The notes beneath the pieces were generated by a model that saw only the letters and a program-made list of their open reading frames with translations, was not told where the DNA came from and searched no databases. This document shows, one piece after another, positions 28,528 to 39,308 of a DNA stretch of 64,000 nt (its first letter is position 1; each line of letters begins with the position of its first letter). Origin of the DNA: Gemmatimonadota bacterium (lineage in GTDB: Bacteria > Gemmatimonadota > Gemmatimonadetes > Longimicrobiales > Gaopeijiaceae); the NCBI GenBank assembly GCA_034521595.1, contig JAXHMG010000003.1:2848001-2912000 (forward strand), given 5' to 3'. Position numbers and translations under genes: made by a program.

Positions 28528-29075
28528 ACGATTGGCACCTTGTGTTCCTGACCGGGCTGGAAGTTCTGGAACCGGACCCAGACTTCGTTTTCGTTACGGA
28601 CCTCGACCTCGAGCTCGTCCATGGCTCGGGGGGCCGGGCTGGCGGGGTCTTCGATCTCCCCGTCGAGCGAGAACCGACTCCGGTGACACGGGCAAGCGAA
28701 GTGCGTAGCCCCCGGAGCCAGGTTCACGAAGCAGCCGGCGTGCGGACACACCACGTTCAGGCAGGTGATGTCGTTGCCCTCGGTTCGACGCAGATACACG
28801 GCGCCGATCGGTGTGTCCTGATAGGTCGTCCAGGCATCGACCCGGTCGTCCGTGACCGTGAACTTCTTGGGAATCCCGTCCGAGGGCAGCACCGGCAGCT
28901 TGGTGACCATCACCATGTTCTGCTCGCCGCTCGTTCTGCGGAGCGGATCGAACAAGGTGGCCAGGCCCGCGAGCACGGGAGCCACGCCCGCCAACCCGCC
29001 GGCGATCACGGCGCCCATCGCCGCCAGGAAGTTCCGGCGCGGTGCGCCGTCCTGCTGTGAGGTTTCGTCGCTCAT
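28524..29075 (-). CDS. qcrA: Rieske iron-sulfur subunit of the bc-type complex
   Basis: Tat motif RRNFL plus a TM helix, and CPHAGC / CPCHRSRF boxes. Coupled to the cytochrome b gene. Confidence 0.9.
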   Translation of the reverse strand: MSDETSQQDGAPRRNFLAAMGAVIAGGLAGVAPVLAGLATLFDPLRRTSGEQNMVMVTKLPVLPSDGIPKKFTVTDDRVDAWTTYQDTPIGAVYLRRTEGNDITCLNVVCPHAGCFVNLAPGATHFACPCHRSRFSLDGEIEDPASPAPRAMDELEVEVRNENEVWVRFQNFQPGQEHKVPIV

Positions 29076-29350
29076 AAGCGCAATCGTACGATGTATCAAG
29101 TAAGATGAACCCCGGCGATGACATGCCGGGGCCGGTATGAGATGTCGGCCACCGCCCGCGTGGGCAGGTGCGTGGGAAGGGGCCAACGGGCTGGAAATAT
29201 ACGGCAATGCTCTTGGGATCCCACCGCGTGCGCAAGGGCCCGGTACCAACCGGAAGGCTCCACGGTGGCCGCTGGAGCCGTCCCTACCCATGCTCGGCGG
29301 CACCGAACTCGACTCCATGGAGGGGACATGCTCCGCCGACACAACGTTGA

Positions 29351-29488
29351 AGGGCTCTCACCGCGGGTGAGCCGCCGGGCGTGGCCACGTTCTCGGTGCT
29401 CGGATACGACCCCGAGACCGGTGAGGTCGGTGGAGCGGTCCAGTCCCGCGTCTTCTCGGTCGGCAACGGCGTGCTGTGGGCCGAGGCG
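29351..29488 (+). pseudogene. Remnant of a DUF1028 (Ntn-hydrolase-like) gene
   Basis: ATFSVLGYDPETGEVGGAVQSRVFSVGNGVLWAEA matches the DUF1028 N-terminus. An in-frame stop lies upstream and recognisable similarity ends after ~35 codons. Confidence 0.6.
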
Positions 29489-29618
29489 TGGCCTATAGAG
29501 GGGCGTCAGTTCGCCGTCATGGGTCCCACCGGGAGCGTCGCGGCCCATCGCCGAGCTGCGTCGGTTGGTCGAGCTCGCGGCGGAGCAACGCGAGCGGAGC
29601 GGCAGGTGAGCTGTGGCG

Positions 29619-31859
29619 TCACGGAGCGCTTTCGTCCGTGGCCTCCGTCCCCGCTTCCTCGAAGTGCTCCGCGAACCAGTCGAGCAGGCGCCGCCAATGG
29701 TCGTGGAAGCCCTCCTCGGTGCTGGCGCGTCCGGCCCCGTGTCCGCCGGCGGTGTAGTGCACCCAGACCACGTCCTTACCGAGTCGACGAAGCGCGTAGT
29801 ACATCTCGCGCTGGTTGGTGGCCGGCACGTTCCAGTCACCCTCGCCCGTGAGCATGAGCAGGGGCGTGTCGATGCGGTCGGCGAACATCACGGCCGAGTG
29901 TTCGATGTACTTGTGCGGCTGTTCCCAGAGGGTGGCGCCGATACGGTCCTGCCCGACCTCGGCGGCGGCGTAGTTACGCGTGGTGATCTTCGGTGAGTCT
30001 CCGAGGAACGAGATGATGTTGACCTTCCCGGACACGTTGGCGGCCGCGGTGAAGCGGTCCGTCTGGGTGATGAGCAGGTTGACCGCGTAACCTCCGTAGC
30101 TCTGCCCGTACACGCCCACCTTCTCGGCGTCGACCAATCCGCGCTCGATGAGGCCGTTGACCGCGTTCGGCACCGCCTTGAGCCAGGCCTCGCCGGGGTA
30201 TCCCTCCTCGAATTGCACCGACGGCCGCAAGCCGAACCACCCCTGGGCCGTGACGAGATTCATGTTCTCGTGGAAGCCGTTGTCGAAGAAGTCCTCGTAC
30301 ACTTCGACGACGAGCGGGTAGGTGCGGTCCGGGTCGTAGTCGACGGGATAGTAGAGGATGCCGTGCAGCGTGTTCCCGTCCACGTCGAGGTACTCGACCA
30401 GCTCGGTCCGGGCGAGCGGGACGTCGTCGAGCTGGGGGTTGAGCTCGGTGAGCTGGACGGGATCCGCCGTGACAGCCTTGGTCCATACCTCGTCGGGCCG
30501 GTCCCCGTCGGAGCGCGCGTACACCAAGGTGCCGCCGTCTTCGGACACGTTCCATTGGCCGTAGACGGCGTCGTCCAGAATGATCTCGTCCACGGCTCCG
30601 GAGGCGAGGTCGAGGCGCTTGATCCCCCGTTGCCAACGGTCCCGCGCGGAGTAGGTGAAGAGCAGGTGCTCTCCGTCCCGGGTCCAGCGCTCCACGGAAC
30701 GGCGGGGGCGCTCGTCCTCGTTCTCCTCGAGCTCGAATACCGTGGCGAGCGGGCCGCCGTCCGCGGGGACCTGGTGCCACCCTTCCTCCGAGGTGAGCAG
30801 GAGGTGCTCGCCGTCGGGGCTCCAACGCTCGACCGAGAAGTCGGTCTCGACGGTGTCGCCCGGGAGGGTACGGAGCCCCTCGGTCACGTCGCGGGGCTCG
30901 TCCGCGTCGATCCCGCGGACCAGGACGGCGCCGTCCTCGGTGTACGCGAAGGCGTCTCGTGCCCGGGTCCAGCGAACGTCGATGCGGTCTTCCGTGGGCT
31001 CGACCAGCTCGCGACGCTCGCCGCTCTCCAGATCGAGGGCCGTGACGCCGTACTCGGTACCGTCCCGGCGCGTATACGACGTCTCGGTGGGCACGGCGGT
31101 CGTGTAGGTGATCCGCGCCCCGTCCTCCGTGAAACCGGGATCCCGGGGCACCGCGTCGGTCGGGAGCTCGCGGACGGATCCGTCCGCCACGGAGACGAGC
31201 ACCGTCACCTGCTCGTCCTCGAGGTCACGCACCCGATCCCAGGCCAAAAAATCATTCCGTGAGTCCTGCACGATCACCGGCGCTTCGGTCATCGCGTGGA
31301 ACGCCTCCCGGGCACGGCTCTCCCAACCGTCGGGCCGGAGCCCGAGCAGCAGCGTCTCTCCGTCCGGCGCCCACACGACCGGAGAGGACGAGGCGATCGG
31401 CTTGCCCGAATCCAGCGGGAGCGTGCGGGCCCGCCCCTCCTCGGCATCGTATATGCGGAGACGGAACGCGTCACCGTCATACAGCAAGTAGGCCAAGCGA
31501 TCGCCCTCGGGGGACCAGGTGAAGTCACTGACCTGGGCCGGCTCCTCGTGCAGCCAGACGCGCTCGCCGCTGCGCGTGTCCACGACCATCGCCGTGACCA
31601 GCGACGGCGCCACGTACGTGGGATCTCCGAAGCGCTCGTGATCGGTATCGAGGCGTCCGCGACGGGTCCGCAAGGTGACCGCGGCACGCGCTCCGTCGTC
31701 CGTGACCGCCACGATCCGGGGCGACCGCACGTCCAGCGCCAACTCGGTGTCGAAGCGCTGCTGGGCTTGCGCCGCTCCGGGCAGCGGCGTGCCGGCCATC
31801 GTCAGGAGGCAGATGAGCGGGATAGCGAATCGACGGATCGGGGAGCGGGTCGGGCACAT
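29619..31859 (-). CDS. Secreted S9 (prolyl oligopeptidase family) peptidase
   Basis: Signal peptide, beta-propeller repeats (WSPEG/WAPDG), GQSYGG Ser, GEGDWNV Asp and GGH His. Confidence 0.9.
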   Translation of the reverse strand: MCPTRSPIRRFAIPLICLLTMAGTPLPGAAQAQQRFDTELALDVRSPRIVAVTDDGARAAVTLRTRRGRLDTDHERFGDPTYVAPSLVTAMVVDTRSGERVWLHEEPAQVSDFTWSPEGDRLAYLLYDGDAFRLRIYDAEEGRARTLPLDSGKPIASSSPVVWAPDGETLLLGLRPDGWESRAREAFHAMTEAPVIVQDSRNDFLAWDRVRDLEDEQVTVLVSVADGSVRELPTDAVPRDPGFTEDGARITYTTAVPTETSYTRRDGTEYGVTALDLESGERRELVEPTEDRIDVRWTRARDAFAYTEDGAVLVRGIDADEPRDVTEGLRTLPGDTVETDFSVERWSPDGEHLLLTSEEGWHQVPADGGPLATVFELEENEDERPRRSVERWTRDGEHLLFTYSARDRWQRGIKRLDLASGAVDEIILDDAVYGQWNVSEDGGTLVYARSDGDRPDEVWTKAVTADPVQLTELNPQLDDVPLARTELVEYLDVDGNTLHGILYYPVDYDPDRTYPLVVEVYEDFFDNGFHENMNLVTAQGWFGLRPSVQFEEGYPGEAWLKAVPNAVNGLIERGLVDAEKVGVYGQSYGGYAVNLLITQTDRFTAAANVSGKVNIISFLGDSPKITTRNYAAAEVGQDRIGATLWEQPHKYIEHSAVMFADRIDTPLLMLTGEGDWNVPATNQREMYYALRRLGKDVVWVHYTAGGHGAGRASTEEGFHDHWRRLLDWFAEHFEEAGTEATDESAP

Positions 31860-32170
31860 GAGGTCCTCTCAGGAATGCGTACGGGGACACGTCGAGCGGC
31901 GGCTCCTCGGGCGAGCACCTACCTCATCATACGGTGCGGGGCGGGCCACCGCGACCGGCCTTTCGCACGCCGCGGCAGCACGCTACCCGTCGAGGTGTTC
32001 GGGAACTCGTTCCCGTCCTCGGGGGTTGGGTGCGGTCGCACCAACCCTGGTCGCCGTCCTCCGGAACGCCTCCCCGGAACGCCTCCCGGTCGGATCGTCG
32101 GCCCGCGACACACCACAGCCTGTCGACACAACCCGAGGAGCCCGAGTCGTGCACTCTCCCAACGCGGAAC

Positions 32171-33099
32171 GTGGACGCACGCCACGATCCACCGAACCCC
32201 GGCAGCGGGCTCACCGCGACCCGAGCCCCGGTCATCGAGGACGCGCAGAACCGGGGCGAGCTGTTCATCGAGCAGCCGTACCACCTGTACTCCGAAGAGA
32301 ACCACCGGACATGGCAGCGGCTCTACGACCGGATGGCGGATCGCTGGGATCGCTACGCCAACGCCCACTTCCTCGAGGGCCTCGACCGGCTGTGCTTCGA
32401 CCGTGAGCGCGTCCCCAAGCTCGAGGACGTCAATCAGTTCCTCGAGCCCCTGACCGGCTTCACCGCTCGCGCTGTCAGCGGCTACATCCCCGCCTTCCAG
32501 TTCTTCGATTCGATCGCGAGCGCGAGTCTTCCGACCACGATCACCATCCGGTCGGGTGAGAACCTCGACTACCTCCCCGAGCCCGACATCTTCCACGACA
32601 TCGCCGGGCACGTGCCGATGCACACCGACCCGGCATTCGCCGAGACGCTGGTGAAGCTCGGCGGCTGGACCGCTCGCGGCCGAGCGCGCACGGAGCCACA
32701 GGGCACCGCCGACGTCGACGCTTCGGCTCGCCTCGCCAGCATTCTCCGGGTATCACCCGCTTCTTCTGGTTCTCGGTCGAGTTCGGCCTGATGCGCGACG
32801 GCGACGGCATCCGCGCCTATGCAGCGGCCTCCTGAGCTCCTACGGGGAGCTGGCCTACTCCGCGAGCTCGCCACAGGTCCAACGTCAGCCGTTCCAGCTC
32901 GAATGGGTCATCAACCAGGGCTTCCAGATCGACTCCTATCAGCCCTTGCTCTTCGTCGTCGACTCCTTCGACCACCTCTTCGCGCTCGTCGAGGAGCTCG
33001 AAGATTGGGCTCCGCCAAGGCAAGCTCGACAACGTCGCCCTCGGCGACCCCGACGTCAGCGACGACCAGCTCCGCGAATTCATGAGCGCCGGCGAATGA
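32171..33099 (+). CDS. phhA: Pterin-dependent aromatic amino acid hydroxylase (phenylalanine 4-hydroxylase), frameshifted in this sequence
   Basis: DYLPEPDIFHDIAGHVP (two Fe His). After frame changes: FFWFSVEFGL (Fe Glu), SGLLSSYGEL and YQPLLFVVDSF. Confidence 0.82.
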
Positions 33100-33648
33100 C
33101 CCAGCCGCCCCGCCTCGGAGATCCCGCGCCGCCCCTCGACCTCCCGACGCTCGACGGCGGGCGAGTCGCACTCGACGGACCGCGGGACCGCGCCGGTCAT
33201 CATCTCGTTCCTCCGCCACGCCGGCTGACTCGATCTGCCGCTCGCATCTCGTGAAGATGCACGACAGGAAAGACCGCATCGCGGAGCTCGGAGCCGACGT
33301 CGTCTTCGTCGCGTTCGACGAGCCGGACGAGCTGCGCGCGAAGCTGGTCGCGGACGTCGACCTCGCGTTTCCGTTGGCCTACGATCCCGCGCGGGAGTCC
33401 TACCGGCAGTGGGGGCTGCAGCGCGTGGCCTGGTGGAAGATCTGGCTCGACCCCGGAGTGTGGAAAGCGTACGCGCGTCTGCTCGCCTCGGTGAGCGGCT
33501 GCGCGGCGGGGGCACCGACGCGCTTCAGCTCGGCGGAGACTTCGTGGTAGCGGCCGACGGAACGGTGGTGTACGCGAGGCCCCAGGAGCGGGACGACCGC
33601 CCACCCGTGGGAGAGCTGCTGCGCGCGGTGGGGAAGCTGGAGCGTTAG
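33096..33648 (+). CDS. Peroxiredoxin-like (AhpC-TSA_2 / SelU / PRXL2-like) protein, probable selenoprotein (UxxC)
   Basis: The reconstructed frame reads SFLRHAG-TGA-LICRSH, with C-terminal QLGGDFVV...DRP. TGA at 33226-33228 occupies the first redox Cys position. Several 1-nt indels are needed. Confidence 0.72.
33235..33267 (+). promoter_or_regulatory. Putative bacterial SECIS element
   Basis: Stem GCATCT/AGATGC (33244-49/33255-60) with loop CGTGA about 21 nt after the in-frame UGA. Extendable by TC/GA and CTG/CAG pairs. Confidence 0.55.
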
Positions 33649-33662
33649 CGGACCACGGGACG

Positions 33663-34760
33663 CTAGCGCCCCGGCGGTCGCCTCGGGATCATGACCGGCT
33701 GGATCCGCTGGTGCTTCACGACCCGGCGCTGCGAGACCTCTCCGCCGTAGACGTTGCCGTCGCCGTCCACCGCGACGCCTTCGGGTCCGCTGAGCTCATC
33801 ACCCCCAGGTTCGGGCTGTTCCAGGTCTCGGGGATGAAGTGGAAGACCCAGCCGGTGCGCGCGTCCCCGACCCGGATGCCCCGCTCCCAGCCGGCGTTGC
33901 GCTGGCCCGTGTAGTCGTTCTCGGCCGGGCTCGACTCGGAGTCGGCGACATAGATCAGGTCGTTCTCGTCGATGAAGATGCCGCTCGGACGGCCGAACTG
34001 CGTCCAGAACGCGATGAACTCACCGTTCTGGTCCAGGATGTGGATGCGGTTGTTGTACCGGTCGCCCACGAAGAGCCGCCCCTGGGAATCCATCGCCAAC
34101 GCGTGGGGCTCCAAGAACTCGCCCGGCCCGTAGCCGGACTCGCCGAACGTCGCGACGTGCGTGCCGTCCGGGGCGAACTTCACGATCCTGTTGGGGCTCG
34201 AAGGGCCGTGTCCTTCGGCGACGAAGATGTGTCCGTCGGGTGCGACCAGCACGTCGTTGGGGCGGGTGAGATGGGTGGGCGGATCCCCGGGCTCGCCGGG
34301 GCACCCCGAGCGTCATCGAGAAGCTCCCCGTCCGGACTGAACTTGCGGACCGCGTGGCCGAGCCCTGCTTCCTCGGCACCCTGCCTCCACGCGTCGGTGA
34401 TCCAGACGTTGCCGTTCGGCTCCACGAACATCCCGTGCGGCCAGGCGAGCAGGCCCGCGCCGAAGCTACAGAGAGCACGTTCCCCTCGGTGTCGAGCAGG
34501 AGCACGGGATCGAGATCGGAGCCCACGCAGGTGTTCCGCCCGCACCGCTCCGCCACCCAGAGATCACCGTCCGGCGACGGATACATCGCGCTCACCGAGC
34601 CCCAGGAGCGCCCGTCGGGAAGGTCACCCGCAGGTGTAGTCGGGCTTGAAGGGGTTGGTGACGGACTGGGCATCGAGGATGGCGGGCAGCGTCGCCGCCA
34701 GCGCCAAGCACACGACTATGGGGGCGGACCTCGATGGGACGGCTCCTGCGGCTGGAAGGG
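33663..34760 (-). CDS. Secreted NHL-repeat beta-propeller (peptidyl-alpha-hydroxyglycine lyase-like), frameshifted
   Basis: PHGMFVEPNGNVWITD, PHALAMDSQGRLFVGDRYNNRI, GRPSGIFID and GPEGVAVD across several frames. Start approximate. Confidence 0.78.
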
Positions 34761-34936
34761 TACCCGAACGGTGGATGTCGATACGGGAACGCCCGTCGGG
34801 CTCGGGTCAACGCCCGTTAGCTTGCGTCACGGCACCGGGTCCCGCAACCGACGGGCGGGAGCGGACAGCTGTTCGGCCTGGACACCCACGTGCCGGCCTC
34901 GACCGCTGGCACCCGACGGACCGATGACCCGTCGGC

Positions 34937-37653
34937 TCAATGCGCCACACGCACGGGGGTCCTGGCGGTGCGCCAGGGTGCCATCTCCGAGCTGCCCGTG
35001 CGCGTCGCGAACCGAGCAGGTACGCTTCCCCGGTAGCGGCGAGCGCGCAGGCGCGCGCCGCGACCCGGCCGTAGACCGTTCTCCATCGACAGGGTCGTGA
35101 ACACGGGGTCGGCGTGTCGCGGTCCACGGTGGTGCCGTCCCCGAGCTGGCCCGCTCCCATCGTCGCCCCGCAGCAGCTGGGGCCGGCGCTCGGCGTGATC
35201 CCGCACGTCCGACTCCACCCCGCGGAGATCGCCTCGAGAAGGAGGATCCCCAACGACGACCGTGCTCGGCTCGGTCGAGGGTCGTTCGATCCCCGAGCTC
35301 TCCGTTGCAGTTCTGCCCCCAGCAGACCGGGACATCGTCGCTCCCGAAGCCGGTGTTGGCGAGTCCGCAGGTATGCGCGGCGCCGGAGGTGACCGGCGGT
35401 CCAGCTCACCGGACCGAGATCCGGCGGATCGGACACGGTGACCGGAGACAGCCGGTCGCGGTGGTGGTTCCGTCGCCCACCTGCCCGAAGCCGTTGTCGC
35501 CCCAGCACATCAATGCCTCGGACGTCCGTGATCCCGCAGGTATGGACTCGCGCCCGCGCTCAGGCCGACGAACGTCGGCGGACGTCTGGACGGCCACGGG
35601 AATGCGTGCCCGAGCCTGGCGTCTACCGGTCCCCAGGCGCTGCCGGAGAGGATCGGCGCCCGAGCAGTAGGCCGTCCCGCCGCTTCCGCGCCCGCACGTG
35701 TGGCCATTGCCCGCGCTGACCTCCGGCCGACTCCACGCCTTCCCGACTCGGGATCGGAGCACCTGCGTCGGCACCAGAGCGCCGGTTCCGCTCCCGTCAC
35801 CCACGACGCTCCCGCAGCACTCGAGAGTGGCGGGCACGATCGCGAGCGGGATCGCGCAGGGTGTGGGAGCCCCCGGTGGCGATTTGCGCGAATCGGAAGC
35901 CTCCGGAGACGGCAACCGCCCGGCGTCGCGCTGGGGCTCCGGTCCCCCCGCGTGCTCGAGCTGGCCGGCCGACCCCTGGCCCCAGCAGTAGGCCCGGTTC
36001 GCGACCGTGATGCCGCAGGTATGGCTTCCGCCGGCACTGATGCGGTCGAAGGTTAGCTCCACGGCGAACGGCTGACTCGTAGTGTTCGTGAGCCCGTCGG
36101 CATAGGCTTCGATCGCGTATCCCCTCCCCTGGCAGATCGACCGAGACGTCGGGAAACTCCGCCGACCCCGTTCGTGGCCGTCACGGAGAGCGTGCCCACG
36201 AAGCTCCGCGCTCCCGGGTCCGCCGCCACCGTGCTGCAACCCGATGCACGATGCTCGGCCGTCGGAACCCGGTTCTCCGGACTCGTCCTGGATGGTGACC
36301 TCGAGCGCCGGCGCGAAGTCCACCTGCCCTTCGACGTCCGTGGGCTGCTCCGGTGAACGCCAGCTCGGCCTGCGCGGACCGGAACGACGTCGAAGGGCCG
36401 CGGACTACGTCGGACTCCGACGCGTCCGACCAACGCACGCAACCGATGATCCGTCCGCCGCGGCTTCGATGACCAGGTCGTCGAAGACGGCCACGCCTCC
36501 GCTCGGCGTGACCTCCCGGACACCGCCCAGGATCGCGTCGCCCGGGTTCGAGCCCAACTCGACGGTCACCGGATCACTGTCCGAGGGGGACGACGTTGCC
36601 GAACGCATCCTCGATCCTCACCTCGACGGTCGGTCCTATGGGCGAGCTGGCCGTCGTCTCCGGAGCTGCCCGCCGAGCAGACCTGGGCGGCCGGGCCCGC
36701 CGACACGTCGAACGCATCACTCGTGGCTGCCGGGACCGACCCGGCCGTCTTCGCCGTCAGCGTATAGCCGGAGCCGACGCGGGTCACGGTCAGTCCCGAG
36801 AACTGCGCCACGCCGTTCACCGCTTCGGCATGACCCCGAGCCACGGAGGGGATCACTCCCCTGTTGGCCCGTCAGCTCGAGGGAGATCGTCAGATCGGCA
36901 TCCTCGATGACCGCACCGTCGGCATCGAGCACCTCGACTTGGACGGCCGGATCTATGGCTTCCCCCGCGACCGCGTTCGACGGATTCATCCGGAACGCCA
37001 GACTCGCGATCTCCTGATTCACGGTCAGCGTCGCGTGCCCAGGAATGTCCTGGGCCGTCGCCGTAATGGTCGAGGTGCCCGAGCCCTTCGCGGTCGCGGT
37101 CCCCTCCGGCCCGATCGTCGCCACCGAATGGTCCTTGGCTCTCCATACGAAGCGGGCGTCTTCCAGGGCGTTCCCGTTGGCGTCGGTCGCCTCCGCGGTG
37201 AACACTTCGGTCGCGTTGACGGCAGTGAGCGTGCTCGCGCCCGGAGTAACCGTCACCGCCTCCACTCGCTGGCTCACCGCGAGCGCCGCCGAACCGCTGG
37301 CTCCCGCGCTCGTCGCCGACGCCGCGATCTCGGCCGCTCCGTCGCCTTCGCGGTCACCACGCCGCTACCGCTGACCGTGACGACCTGATCCGTCCCGCGC
37401 TGGACCACGTGAAGTCGACAGCTCGCTCGACGACATCGCCTCCGGCGTCCCTCGCGACCGCCTGGAACTTCCTCGCGTCCCCGAGAGCCGTCAGGGTGTC
37501 GGCTCTCGGCGTCACCTCCACGCTGGCCACCTGTCCCTCGCCGTCTCCGTTGCCGCCGGCCCGGAGGGCCCGTCGGCTCCTCTCCTCCGCAGCCGGAGAG
37601 GCCGAGAGTGAAGCCGACGAATCCGACCGAGGGAGCGGCCCGAAGTGTGTCAT
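34937..37653 (-). CDS. Surface lipoprotein with Ig-like (Big_2) domains and RCC1 repeats, heavily frameshifted
   Basis: Lipobox LSGC, VASVEVTP/VATIGPEGTATA Ig motifs, and ISAGGSHTCGI..AYCWG.G..GQL and GQLGDGTT RCC1 repeats. Confidence 0.72.
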
Positions 37654-37915
37654 GGATGCGGTTGACCCCCGGCACGCGAATCTCCCGGTCTCGGCGGCAG
37701 TGCTCGGCGTCGCGAGGACGCTCCTGGCACCATATGAGCGGTCGCGGTGAGCCGCAACGTCCGTGCGAGGGGGGAAGGCCCGGCGCTCGGGCCGCCGTTC
37801 GTGGCGCCCGTTCGTCGGCCGGCAGGAGGCGAGGTCCCGTCGCCCGCCCGCGGACGGTTATGATGAGTGTGAGGCACCGAGGGAGTCGAGTGGAACCACG
37901 GAAGGAAGGAACGTC

Positions 37916-39286
37916 ATGACGTGGACGGCGGTCAATCCGGCGACGGGCGAGACGATACGGCACTACGACCAGACGACCTGGGCGGATGCGGAGCGTGCCG
38001 TCCGGGAGGCGCACGAGACGCACGAGATCTGGAGACGGACCCGTTCCGGGACCGTTCCGCGGCGATGAAGCGCGCGGCCGAGCTTCTTCGGTCCCGCGCG
38101 GACCGCTACGCGGAGCTCATGGCCCAGGAGATGGGCAAGCCCGTCACGGATGGCCGCTCCGAGGTCGAGAAGTGCGCCTGGGTCTGCGACTACTACGCCG
38201 ACGAAGCGGAGGGGCAGCTCGCCCCCGTGCCCGTGGACACGCCGGACACGGACGCGCGCACCTACATCGCCTACCGCCCGCTCGGGGTGGTGCTGGCCAT
38301 CATGCCCTGGAACTTCCCGTTCTGGCAGGTCTTCCGCTTCGCCGCGCCCAACCTGATGGCCGGCAACGCCGGCCTGCTCAAGCACGCGGCGAACGTGCCG
38401 GGGTGCGCGCTGGCCATCGAGGAGGTCTTTCGGGACGCGGGCTTTCCCGAGGAGCTGTTCCGGACGCTCCTCATCGACCACGAGACGAGCGAGAAGGTCA
38501 TCGAGCACCCGCTGGTGCGGGGCGTGACGCTCACCGGGAGCGTGCGGGCCGGTAAGACCGTGGCGGCGAAGGCCGGATCGCTCGTGAAGAAGACGGTGCT
38601 GGAGCTCGGTGGTAGCGACCCCTACGTGGTGCTCGAGGACGCCGACCTCGACGCGGCGGTGGAGACGTGCGTGGCGAGCCGGCTCGTCAACTCGGGCAGA
38701 GCTGCATCGCGGCGAAGCGGTTCGTCGTCGTTGAGCCGCTCAAGGAAGCATTCGAAGCCCGCATGGTGGAGCAGATGAGGGCGGTCCGGATGGGCGATCC
38801 CACGGACGAGGCCACGGACGTGGGCCCGCAAGCCCGCGCCGATCTCCGCGACGAGCTCCACGCGCAGGTGCTCGGAAGCGTCGAGGCGGGCGCGCGCTGC
38901 CTGCTCGGCGGGGAGCTGCCCGAGGGCCGGGTGCGTTCTATCCGCCGACGGTGCTCACGGACGTCGGCCCCGGCATGCCGGCGTACGAGGAGGAGCTCTT
39001 CGGTCCGGTGGCGGCGGTCATCGCCGTGGCCGACGAGGCCGAAGCCATCCGCGTGGCGAACGACACCGTGTTCGGGCTCGGCGCGGCCGTATTCACCCGG
39101 GACGTCGAGCGCGGCGAGCGGATCGCCCGCGACGAGCTCGACGCCGGGGCCTGCTTCGTCAACGCGTTCGTGCGCTCGGACCCGCGCCTCCCGTTCGGCG
39201 GCGTGAAGGAGAGCGGCTACGGCCGCGAGCTCTCGCCGCTCGGCATCCGGGAATTCGTGAACGCGAAGACGGTGTGGGTGGCGTAG
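37916..39286 (+). CDS. NAD(P)-dependent succinate-semialdehyde dehydrogenase family aldehyde dehydrogenase, frameshifted
   Basis: [37 protein letters not shown] and [13 protein letters not shown]. Confidence 0.88.
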
Positions 39287-39308
39287 CGGTCCGCGGCGCC
39301 CGCCCGCC

